60,000 nucleotides of DNA, taken from contig CM052818.1 of NCBI GenBank assembly GCA_028534125.1, positions 3,846,001-3,906,000 on the forward strand. Reading direction: 5' to 3'. Position 1 is the first letter of the stretch; the number at the start of each line of letters is the position of its first letter. Of this stretch, positions 12,327-24,086 are shown piece by piece. The notes under the pieces are model-generated. The model saw only the letters and a list, made by a program, of their open reading frames with translations. It had not been told where the DNA came from and did no database searches. Position numbers and translations under genes: made by a program. The stretch is from Lama glama (taxonomy: Eukaryota).

Positions 12327-14623
12327 GTCTTTTCTTTATACAGAGATATCACTGTTGGTTACATGGACTCTCAGAAAGTCATGCTATTTTATATTATGCA
12401 TTTTGATATTCCCTATAAAAGAGGATCACTGAGAGCTCATTAGAAAATTGTGTTCATTCTGGAATTTAGTTATTTAAATAGCAGATTTACCTCCCTTGGA
12501 TGTGATGCTGAGAGAAATGATGAAAATTGGGGTAACTGATACTTGTTCATCTACGTGGCAGCGTGTTTGACCGCATATTGTTATTAACTGAATTAACAGA
12601 GACCGTGTTAAGCTCTCTGGGGTAAGTCAAAGATTAACTAGATGTAGATCTTGACCTTCGAGAATAGCTAATGGTCTTCAACACTGATGCAGAAGGAAAA
12701 GTGAATAAATACCCTGGGAGTGCAGAGAAGGGAGAGATTACTCTGATGGAAGGAGTTACAGAGGAGCTGTGGTTCAGGGGCTGGCGGGATTTGAACACAG
12801 GGAGCTGGAGTGGAAAAGGTTACTTAGGTTCAGGCTTTGATTTTCAGGGCATTGTGTATGGGCTGAGTTATGCTATCTGTTTCTGTGGGATTCCTTTTTA
12901 AAATTTAAAAAATTTATTGCCAAAACACATTAGGAAGGAAATTAAGCTGCTTGATTTACAGGGCCAAGGAGTGCTCAGGGTCAACACGCACGCCCAGGTC
13001 CTTGGCACAGGCTGCAGCTCCTTTAGGTCTAAGACCGCCCCTTAGATCTCCCGTCCCCAGATTGCCATTCTGTCTCAGAAACCAGGTCTGCCTTCTTCAG
13101 GTGCCAGTACAACTTCCATAAAAATATTAGATGAAACTGGAAAAACTCAGCGACTTCTTTTCTCTTGGTTTTAGCTGCTCTTTCTTGGTGCTTCCTGAGC
13201 GTGCTGTGTGTGTGGAGTCCTTTGCGAGATGCTGGGGTCTGGGCTAAACCACACTCCACAGTCTTGGACCTAAGTCCCCTGGCGTATTTGGGGCTGTGGT
13301 GGCTGCCACGTCATCTTCCAAAGGCAAATGCCGAACCGGCACCAGAAGCAAGGCCAATAACTCCACTAATTGAACTTGATGAGTGAAGGGAACATTCTTC
13401 ACCTCAGGGCAAACAGAGCAGCCTCATCAAGAGCTTCTTGCTCTATTTTTCTTTGGGAGGATAAGAGACAGCTGCACATAACAGAACCAGAGCCAAACTG
13501 GAACCCGTGGAGCGGTGCTTTCTCTTGCAGGATTAAGCAAAGGCTTTTGTGGATGTCAAGAGGGTTTTTTTTTCCCCTCCCTCCTCTGTGCACAGCGATG
13601 CAATTTCCTCCCCTGATTTCTGGGCAGAAAGCTAGCATTCCAACAAGATGTGCTTTAATTGATTGCAGCTATTAAATCCCTTAGCTTACATGCTTATAGT
13701 TCAGGATATAAGAGCCATATGGAGTTTTAAATTTAATCATTATTTTATTTTTTTTCCGTATGTAGGAAACTTGACAAAGGCATTAAGGAGAGGAATGGTG
13801 AGGGGCTGGTGCTCACTTTGAATGCAACAGACCTTAGGATTAAGGACAGTGAACTTGGAACCTCATCAATATATCTCCTGATCTCACTAAGTTTTTAGAC
13901 CTGTACTCTGGCTTTTAAATTGTTGAGTGTCGCGTTGAGGGAGGTCAGCTATCCCAGGAGTAATTTGAGGATCAGGAAAAGCACTGGGCAGGCACTCCTG
14001 ACCAGGGAGCCTCCTTCTCATCGCTGGCCTTTAGTGCCTCCACTGACTTCCACCCCAGGCCACATGTGCACCAGGACAATTTATGGTGGAGTCTAGTATT
14101 TTTTTTCCTTCAAACAATGAGGATCTAATACCCTGTGCAAAGCCAAGATATTAACATATCCCCCTCTGGTGGATTTTCATTACTGCCTGGCAAATCTTTA
14201 GGCAACATTGTTTTAAACGAAAGGAAAATGTAATACTCCAGCAGCATCCGTCTGTTCCTAAAACCACTAATTGTTTGGAGAATGTGGCCAATTTACCCTG
14301 ATCTACACACATAAAGCAGACATCTCTGCAGGGAGAGGAGAGATCCATGAAGTGTCTGTTGCAGAGGAAAAATAAGTATCTTAGGAATCCAAATAACTGT
14401 CTTGATAAAACCACTTAGTTTTTGCATCTCAAATTTTATCCTTGTAAGGAGAAAACCTTCTAAAAGCCATTCTATCTATGGCTACCTGTTCATCCTTGGT
14501 TAAGAAAGAGCCAAAGGCAGGCTTTACTGCTTCATAGAGTGTGGGAGCCTGGGGTCAGCCCAGTCAGCTCCCTGTCCCACTCGCCACCCTGTCACCTGGC
14601 CAGACCCTGCCTTGGTCACTCAC

Positions 14624-14665
14624 CTCGCTTTCCTCAGCAGGGGGCGGAGGGACCTCCTTGATAAT
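14624..14665 (-). CDS. ANTXR1: ANTXR1 coding exon 14 (42 bp): IIKEVPPPPAEESE
   Basis: Long poly-T tract and CAG acceptor at 14668-14666; GTGAGT donor at 14623-14618. Translated by hand. Confidence 0.96.
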
Positions 14666-14769
14666 CTGCAAAGAAAAAAAAAAAAAACAAGAACAAGTTA
14701 GTGGAAATCTCCAGCCATCTGCTTTCTAAGAGGCCTATTCTCAAGAGATGCCTGGGAAGTGCGGCCATG

Positions 14770-14783
14770 GTTACCATGGTAAC
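14770..14783. promoter_or_regulatory. Perfect palindromic RFX X-box motif GTTACCATGGTAAC
   Basis: Exact 14-bp palindrome matching the consensus GTTNCCATGGNAAC. Binding is not shown. Confidence 0.55.
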
Positions 14784-16513
14784 GGGCCCAGGCGAGGCAG
14801 GTGTCTGGGCAGAAGAGCTCAGTTAGTTAGAGCGTGATCCAGGCCGAGGGTTCCACACTCAGCTGTGTCTGTTGTCATTTTGTATACAGGAAAAATGTTC
14901 CACAGATGACAGTTTCATCTCTTCCCCCAGGAAGCTATCTTGCAAATGTATTCACTCATTTATTCATCCAGTCATTCCTGCATCAGATCATTCACCCATC
15001 CACCCAAACATCTGCACATTTAACAAAGAATTGTGCACACCAGAAGTTAACAGGGTGCTGCAGGGAGAAGTCAGGCATGGACTGCACTCAAACTGTTGGC
15101 AATCCCATTAAATGTCACTGGCCTCAAATGATACCCATTGGAGGTAGAGTGTGACAGTAGGGCAGACTGAGTGCCAAGAGAGGGCAAAGAAGGTGTAACC
15201 AGGGGTTCCTTTCAGGGCCCTGAAATTTTAGAGGAACAGAGATTTACATAACAATAGTATAAGACAGAGCTCTGCAAATGCCCCATCATTAGGGTTAAAG
15301 AGAGACACGTGGACACTCTCCGCAGGCAAGCAGCTGGGAGCCCCTTCTAACCAATGAGAGGATGAGTGACACGGGGCGGGGGGGGGGAGGACAGGGAAGG
15401 AGGACAGAAGGGTGGCAGTCAGCAGCCCGTCCTCACTTTTGCCTCCAACTTACACACCCCCGTTCATAAGAGGAAATCCATTGCGGTTAATTCACTTGGG
15501 GTCATTTACAAGGCAGTTCGGCCATGATCCACTCTGACTCCATCATGTCCCTGAAAGGCTCCCTCCTCTCACACCTCAAGCTTATTATCAGAATGTGGGG
15601 TCCTCTCCATGCAGTCCTTTTCCTTGGAGAATTCTGGTAAACACAAACGCCATCACAAAAGTGCCGTCTTAGCATCGGGGCTGACCTGGACCACTTTGTG
15701 GATCGGCGCTCAGGCACTGCCCAGGGACCAATTCCTTAATCTGGCTGGAGGGCTGCAGGGCAGGCAGCGCCTCCTCACCTCTTCCCCCTACTAAGCACAT
15801 GTCCCCTCGGATTGGATGGTGGTTCTGGGATCTCATTTGGGCTCTGGTCCCCACTGCTGTCACCCACACTCCCGCTATCTGTAGTGTCATCGCTGTATGT
15901 TGAGACAGGTTCCTGACCTGCGGCCCTGCCAATACCAGCCAGGGGACTGAGTCTCTGGTCCTCTAGACGGATAGCAAGTAAGAGGCAGAGGCCAAAGCCT
16001 CCTCAAACGATCATTTCATCTGCCTCCACTTCCTGGCCGTCGTGGGAAGCCTCCTGATGGTCTTTGGAAAGCTTGAAGCCATGATTTTGCTCACCCACTC
16101 AACACTGGCTTCAAATTCTTTAAAAAAAAACAAAAACCTCTGGGGAAGGCCATGAATGCCCAGTGCCTACTTCCCATCGTCCCAGAGGCAGTGATGATTT
16201 TAAAACAGGAAATGTCTAGGAACTGCAGGGAGGGGTGAGGGGCTGGGGATAGCAATGCGGACTGCAGCTCTTCTCTCAGGGCTGGGTCAGGGAGGGGAGT
16301 GAGAGGAGAGCAGGACACGTGGAAACACAGACGGATGCTGACAAGGGCTGTGGGCAGGGTGCGTGCTAAGTACCCCGGGGAGACAGAGGTTCGGTGTAGA
16401 GTGTCTGGGCTTTTGTCTTCAGACTGCTGCCAGCATCCTCCCTCGCTGCATGGAGGCACAGCGTAGTTGTCAAATGTGAACCCTAGATCTGCCTGTTTCT
16501 GCCTGTGAGGATT

Positions 16514-16831
16514 TTTTCTTACTTGAAGAATAGTTAGTTTACACCGTTGTGTTAATTTCTAGTGTACAGTACAGTGTTTCAGATAAATGTATATACATTC
16601 CTCTTTGTATTCTTTTTCATGACAGGCTATTACTAGGTATTGAATAGAGTTCCCTGTGCTATATAGTAGGACCTTGCTGTTTATGTATTTTATGTATATA
16701 GTAGTGTGTATCTGCAAATCCCAAACTCCCACTTTATCCCGCCACCCCTCCACCCTTTTCCCCCTTGGTAACCATAAGATGGTTTTCTATGTCTATGAGT
16801 CCGTTTCTGCTTTGTAAGTAAGTTCCTTTGA
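16514..16831 (-). mobile_element. L1 3'-end fragment inserted in a MIR (about 16440-16990)
   Basis: Same L1 3'UTR motifs. TSD ctgtgag(g/a)att at 16503 and 16832. MIR core cctcatctgttaaatggg follows. Confidence 0.88.
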
Positions 16832-19800
16832 CTGTGAGAATTGGATAAGTCCCTGAACCTCCCTGAGCCCCACTGTCCTCATCTGTTAAATGGGAGCAAT
16901 AGCACGAGCCTTGCAGGAATTGGGTCATGATAAGCCATAATGTCGTAAAACATCCAGAACTGAGTGGGAACTCGGTCGATGGTGCGTACCGTTCTTATTC
17001 CCCTTGCCCTTTCTCGTAGTTCCTGTTTCTTGCTTTTCTTTTGTCTTTAATAAAGGTTTCACTTAGCCCCCCACCCCACCTCCCCACATACACTAAGTGA
17101 CTATGTCTGGTGGTTTCCAGATGGAGCAGCGTCGAAGCCAGAGCTTCATACAATGAGTGACCCAGGAGGCTGGTGTTCAGACAGTGGCCAGGGGCTTCCA
17201 AGGGGGTAGCAGAGGTTAAGTTTCACCGTCACTGAGGATCACATTCTAGCAATGGGGCTGACGTTTATTGTTTTCATTGCCCTCCACATCTAAAAGATTT
17301 ATTTTTTTTATATACTTACAAGAAATGAGGAGCCTTGCCTTTGGGGTAATTTCCTTTTGACCTGCACCTTAGCTGTTTCACTTAGTCCTTAAGATAAACA
17401 CTTTTATGTCTCTATAATTCCTAATACTTAACATCTTCATATCGGTCATTAAGCTCAACAAGTGACTTCTTGTGTGTGATATTATGACAGGTCTCTTAAA
17501 TTTTTTTCTTAATTCTGTATATGAGTCTAGAAATTTGTTACTGAGTAGATTCTCTTGGGTCTTTGGTTGCCACAAAGCGCTTAGATTTGTTGACAGATTA
17601 TAAACTATGTTTATTTACATTGATGAGTGGCTGTCAGGTAATAATGATTGTAAAGCACCATGAAAGGCTGACATCAGCCAAGTGGCGAGCCCCAGACCAA
17701 CCCAAATGTGGGTTGCCGTTCAATGTAAATTACTGGATATTTATGGAATTCTACATCCAGCAATGTCCCAAGGGGAACCCCAAAGACAATGCCAAAGCAC
17801 ATGATTTATTAAATAGTGATCAAAGGTGGACTAATTTGTACTCCAGATTCCACACTGACAAGCTTGTAAACTGGGCACCTGGGCTTCTGGAAAAATGTCA
17901 CCGTGTTCAGGTGAGCAGGATTTAGGCACCTCCAATCTGGCCTCACTGGTTGGGTGTCTGGCTATATTCAGCAGGAATGAGGAAGGAGTCTTTCTACTGC
18001 TTTAAGCATCCCCCTCTCCCCTTCCCTTTGTGTTCCCCTGCCGGCAGGGAGCAGCTCTCCCAGGGGATGACAGGACAGCACCTCAAACTGCAATCCAGGC
18101 AGGCGAAATTGAAGTCATGAGATGATTATTTCAAACTTGAAACTCGATAAAGGGCCGTCTGCAAGTAAGCCAACCTCTTGTGCCAAGACCAGCACCTGAG
18201 CCACCCATCGGCGTGCTCTGAGCACAGGGACATGTCGGCCCTCTCCACCTCACCCCCTCCACCCACCCCTTCACTTTCTGCACTGCAGCCTCCTGTCACC
18301 TCCCTATCCCTTCCATGCACCCTGCTGCTTCTCACTTTTGCCTAAATGCTTGCTAGCCCTCCCTGCTTCGTCTGCACACTCATGCCTACCCTGGTTAATA
18401 CCTATGCATCAGATCGATCACCAGGAAATACACTTCCCCGGGGAAGTTGGCCAGGACCTCACAGAACAGTCAAAGTCTTCTTCATGGGGTCTCACATAAC
18501 TCAATGTTTTCTGTGGCCCTTTTCATTGTAATTAAATGTTGCTTGCACAATTCTTTGCTTCCAGCTAGTATGACTGGAAGGCCTTTATTTCCAACAAGAA
18601 TGCAAGCTAGAATCAGCAGAGCCCGACCACGCTAAGGCTTGCTCTGGCCCCCTTCTTAGAAGGTTCCAGGAGCTTCCCCTTGGTTGTGGGTGGGCTTGTC
18701 CATTTCTTCCTCATTAGGAGGGACAAACAGCATATGGGTAAGTTTGGAGAGATCCTTAATAAAATGTTTAAAAGGAAAACCCCTCAACAAACATATTTAT
18801 AAGCATAACATGGCAGAAGTAAATGGAGTACTGGGGATAATCTGGGGACATTTTTCATATTTCTTCTCCAGAGGCCAACACCACTTCTCCACTGACTACC
18901 ATCTTCAAGTTGCATATGTTGGATGAGTAGAGTGTGACCATTTGCCTCCTTGGGATAGCTGCCCTGGGAGTCCCTTCTGCATTCATGTTTGGACGGGCGA
19001 GGTAAAACGGGGATCAGAAACATGAGATGGACTATGGAAATTCTGAATTCTATTAGCATTTCTTTGCTCCCTGAGTATTTCTTGAAACTTTCTGGTGTGA
19101 ATTGGGAACTGTGCCTCCTCTCCCTTCTTTATCAGTGACTTTAACTGTGATTTGGTCCATGTCTGTTGAGGTAGATGTGAGACAGGGCCAGATTTGAACA
19201 AGACTGTTGTATGGGTAGAGGAAAGAAAGCCAGAAAAGACCAGGTGGAATCTTATTAAATTGAAATCTTACTGGCAACTTCTCACTGAGTCAAAACAAAT
19301 TCAAGTTTGTATGCACACCTCTTCATTTGGCTGTTGGAAATGAAATGACGGAAGACACAGAGATGGAGTTAGCATAGTAGAAGTATTATGATTATATATG
19401 CCCAGGTCCTGTTTGACACCTGGAAACTTTACTCTGTTATATGAGTCAAGGTCAACTGTTTGGGTCTCTGTAAAGCTCTCTCTTAAAATTTGTTTTATAA
19501 AATGTTACGGTGAAATAAAGCACCTGGTGAGTTTATTTGGCTTGTTTTCTTTTTCCTCCAGAAGTATTCAAGATTTGTTCCTAATTTATGTTTGACCCTT
19601 GCACTCTGTTGCCCTTGCTTACTCTATTGCTGTGGTCCTGGGTGATGGAAGGCAGAAGGCAATCTACCTGATCTTTGACACCAGCACCTCTTCCTTCTCC
19701 CAGGTGAAAGCCACACTGGCTCACTGGACGTTCTGTTTAATGTTGTGAGTCTGGTCAGTGTGCTGCAGGAGGAGTGGGAGGATGCTAGACCTGGCTGTTC

Positions 19801-20183
19801 CCCCACGGTCCCCTGCTGTGTCTCCATCACAGCTTCCCATGTCTCCTCCTTACGGTTCTTGTCTCTTCACCTTGCTCAACTAACATGAGCTCATGTTACT
19901 TGCTCATCTTATGGCATGAGAAATCGGATAAAACAGGGGACTTCTTTTGGCACCCCCTTTCTTCTTAAATTGTCTTCAGTGTCTCAGTGCCCTTTTTGTA
20001 TGAGCTGCGTAAGGAGCATCCCTTGAAATGTCCTTTACACCAGCAGCATGGTTTTCTTAGTGCCAAGGAGACACTTCCGTGACACGTAACCAATTCTGTT
20101 GTCCAGACAAAGTCCAAGAGAATGGCTTAAGATAACTACTCTATTAAAAAAATTAAGCACTTGCCCTCTAGTTTGAATTAGTT

Positions 20184-20365
20184 CAGTAGTTTTAAACTTT
20201 CTTGAGTACCAGAGTTCCCTGGAGGGCTTCTTAAAACAGAGACTTCTGGGCTGCATCCCTGAGTTTATTATTAGTAGGTCTGGAGTGGGGTCTTCGCATT
20301 TCTAACAAGTTCCCAAATGGTGCTTATGCTGCTGCTGGTCCATGAAGCACACTTTGTGAACGATG
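20184..20365. mobile_element. MER5A, near full length
   Basis: cagtagttttaaactt...ggagggcttcttaaaacaga...gcatttctaacaagttcccaa...cacactttgtgaac. Confidence 0.85.
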
Positions 20366-21387
20366 AATTAGCTTATTTCCAACAATTAGATCTATAGGGG
20401 TATGTTTTGCTTTAAGTCAGACATTCCTGTGAGTGTGTTGAGAGTTGCTCATGGCTGATTAGAAATATCAGCTTTGAAAATCTTTCAGGCTAAAAGGTAT
20501 CCCTGCTCTCATGTAAGGAAATATGAGGTCTCCATGGCTCATGTGTCCCCATCTGGGGGAGGATAAAGACTGTCTTTGGAGAGAACGCTCTTGCTTCCCC
20601 TGGTGAGCATTTGTGCTCCTCTGTGTGCAGAGCTGGCATGGCCTGAATTCCTGGACCCAGCCCTGAAGCAGTTCCAGCCAGATGGCTGCCTGGGAGTTAG
20701 GGATACAGATCACTGCATCATTGAACTCACTGTACTGCATCTGCATCTCTTTCTTCTGCACTGGACTCTAAGCCTCTAGAAGACATGGGTGTACTTGGTC
20801 AGATTTTATCTCTTGACCCATAGTCAGCGTTTGTTACTCAGTCACTATTTCTGGAATGAATGAGTACATTAGAAAGAGAAAGAAAGCATTTCTGATTGTT
20901 CTAAACTTCTTTGCCTCTCAAATGAGCACCTCGGTGATACAAGATGCAAATCTGGCCTCTCAACCATCCACATAAATGTTTCTTTAGCACTTAATACGGT
21001 AACAGTCCCAACTGCCAAGAGTGGATTGTGACACACGGATGCATCATGAGGTTCTCATTAGAGTTATGGCTTTGACTCATGGTTAATTATGATACTTTAC
21101 TGACACCATCTCTACCCGATTCTATCCCCTAACCCCAGCCTCCAAGTAAACTCACTTGCTCCGTGGTTTAAGAATTCACTTTTCACATTTGTGTCTCACA
21201 TTAAATTTCTAAGAAGGCTTCCTGAAAATTTGAAAGTGACATGGACAGTCTCTTTTGTTGCAATACAGGTATGTAATGTGAATTTATTCATCGGTGGTAA
21301 GGAAACTGGACAAAAAAAATCACTAAACTGTGAAATCATATGAGCTCAAAATAGGATTTTTCACGATATAAAGGAGAAGGTCATATC

Positions 21388-21856
21388 CAGGCAGACCTTG
21401 CTTTATTGTGCTTTGCAAATAATGCATTTTATTTTACAAATTGATGGTTTGTGGCAGCCTTAAGTTGAGCAAGTCTTTTGGCACCATTTTTTCCAACAGT
21501 ATTTACTCACGTCATGTCTCTGTGTCACATTTTGGTAATTCTCTCAATATTTCAAACTTTTTCTTCTTATGTTTGTTATGGTGATCAGTGAGCTTTGATG
21601 TTACTGTTGCAAAATGATTATGACTCACTGAAGGCTCAGATGATTAGCATATTTTAGCAATAAAGTATTTTAAAAATTAAGATATGTACATTGTTTTTTA
21701 AGGCATAATGCTATTGCACACTCACTAGGTACATAGTGTGAACATAACTTTCATATACATTGGGAAACCAAAAAATTCACGTGACTTGGTTTATTGCTAT
21801 GCCTGCCTTATTGTGATGGTCTGGAACAGACCTACACTATGTCAGAAGTATGCCTG
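21388..21856 (+). mobile_element. Tigger1-derived non-autonomous TcMar element
   Basis: Terminal inverted repeats caggcagacct and aagtatgcctg followed by TA. Internal catgtctctgtgtcacattttggtaattctc motif. Confidence 0.85.
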
Positions 21857-22947
21857 TATGTATTTCAGTATTTTTGGTTGTGGTAAAATTCACATTAGCA
21901 TAACGTTCACTATTTTCAAGTGTGAGATGATTATACTGGGTGCTATCAGGTAGAATGTGAAGATGCTGTCCCGCTGAAAGGAGTCACCTGGGAGAAACAC
22001 ACACAACTCACACACACCTCATCTGCTTTCTCACTTCTGTTTACCCTCGTGCAATTCAAATATATATCACACTCTTGAGCTTGTCTATTTTTCCTTATGA
22101 AAGCATTAAATGTAGCATCCTCAACATGAGTGTATCTCCTGGTTCTGAGAATCCAAGATTCAGGGAAGAAGGAAAGCCTTAAGTTTGTGGAGGAGAAGCT
22201 TGTGGAGACGAGAGACAGGGAATGCCGTGAGAGCAAAGTGAGTAGAGGAACCCACGTTGGGATGCATCCAAGGCCACATTGAAGAACCGAAAGAAAGGAG
22301 AATGGAACGCATGAGACCCATCAATCACTTTCAAAGGGGTTAAAAGCCTGTGCCACGATTGGGGAAAAGGCTGTAATGCTGAAAACAGTAGAACACCACT
22401 TTCGTGGCATTTGATCTTATTTGGAACCACACAAATAGCTGGGTTTTTTTTTTCTGTTATGAAAAGAGGGCCCTGGCAAAAACAACAAAAGCTGGATTTC
22501 TATTTTAAGCTGGTGCAGAAGGAATAACAAGACAATGAGTCATGGTCATCCACCTCTGTTGTCGTGATACTTCGTCCTAAGAATGTCCTTCCTTCCGTCC
22601 CGTAACTCAAAGGCACAGTGCGACATCACACTCCCACCCACCATGAAACCTCATGTATTATTTTTAAAAAATCAGTGTATAGTGTTATATATGCTGGAGC
22701 ATTATTTTAGTTAAGAATTTTAGATGCTTGAAATGGAGGAATTTTTTTAGTTTATTAGTAATTTTTAGAAGCATATTATTTTATAAGATAGCACAGTTTT
22801 GAATGTTCTGTTCTGAACCTATTTCCCCAGGGCTCTGTTATTTTCATAGAACTAAAATGCCACATGCAGTGATGTTTTTAGGAACACCTTTCATGTTATA
22901 GGAGAAATGATGGTATATAGAGAATTTTTGATGTATCTGCTATTTAA

Positions 22948-23123
22948 ACATTCTCTGACATAAATCTTAGCAATGTTTTCCTAGGACAGTCTACCCACGC
23001 AATAGAAATAAGAGCAAAAATAAACAAATGGGACCTAAGTAAACTTATAAGCTTTTGCACAGTGACAGCTACCATAAGCAAAACAAAATGACAAACTATG
23101 GAATGGGAGATAATATTTGCAAG
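22948..23123 (+). mobile_element. Internal L1 ORF2 fragment without poly-A tail
   Basis: Translates TFSDINLSNVFLGQSTHAIEIRAKINKWDLSKLISFCTVTATISKTK*QTMEWEIIFA, an L1 ORF2 KWDLIKL.SFCT motif. Flanked by tgatgtatctgct repeats. Confidence 0.9.
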
Positions 23124-23757
23124 TGATGTATCTGCTTCTTAACTATGGTTAACTTTGGAGAGAGCAAAGGAAAGACCACTGACAGGGCCTGGCTTCCTCA
23201 TCTGACCTCGTCTTTTGTGCTTTCCATATGTAGTAAATCCCCAAGGAGTCTAAATAATAATGTTCCTTGGATTTTGATAATTTTGGATTGTGAACTCATG
23301 CATAGCTCACATTTACGTATGGGAATCTTATGAGGATTGAGCTGAGGGATCAACCTGCCAGAGAGGATTCAAGTTTCCTTCTACAGATTCCTAAGCACTT
23401 TCAAATTGTGACCCCTTTTTCTCAGTTTGTAATGTATAGAACCCCAGGTAGTATATCTTTGAATTCTAAAACTGAGAGGTTATGGTTATTAATTCTTAGG
23501 GACACACACACACATTAAACTCATAGTCCATCCTTTTACTCAAGGTCCAGCTTTAGGCAGCAGACTCAGTTTCAACTCCCAAACTTTTATGGACCTATGT
23601 AACGTTATTAAACCAAATGTCTAGGCTATTAAGATCAGAAAATCTCCCCTAGGACTGCTTTAGGGTCAGCTAACAAGCTGACTTCCAGACCCTTTTTCAT
23701 TTTGGTCCTGGAAATGTCTGTCTTCTTCTAAGTCTCACTATGTGTTTAAAGCAACTT

Positions 23758-24086
23758 TAAAAAATTGAAGAATAGTTGATTTACAATGTTGTGTTAGTTT
23801 CTGGCACACAGCATATTGATTCAGTTATAATATATATTCTTTTTCATATTCTTTTCCTTTATAGCTTATTCCAGGATATTGAATATAGCTCCCTGTGCTA
23901 TACAGTAGGACCCTGCTGTTTATCTGTTTTGTATATAGTAGCTAGTATCTGCAAATCCTAAACTCCTAATGTATCCCTCCCCATCCTTTCTCTGTCTGAC
24001 TTACTTCATTTAGTATGATAATCTCTAGGTGCATCCATGTTGCTGCAAATGGCATTATTTCATTCTTTTTTTTTATGATTGAGTAT
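23758..24086 (-). mobile_element. L1 3'-end fragment, internally deleted
   Basis: aattgaagaatagttgatttacaatgttgtg...catccatgttgctgcaaatggcattatttcattc. Confidence 0.88.

Noticed and set aside
13735..13770. Minus-strand GAAAAAAAATAAAATAA resembling the human isoform-2 ENKIK-stop codons
   Set aside because: It is preceded by CG rather than AG and is only an A/T-rich run. The recalled UTR similarity maps instead to 12785-12935.
15372..15412. G-run with G-quadruplex potential
   Set aside because: A simple homopolymer-like tract, common in mammalian introns, with nothing else supporting function.
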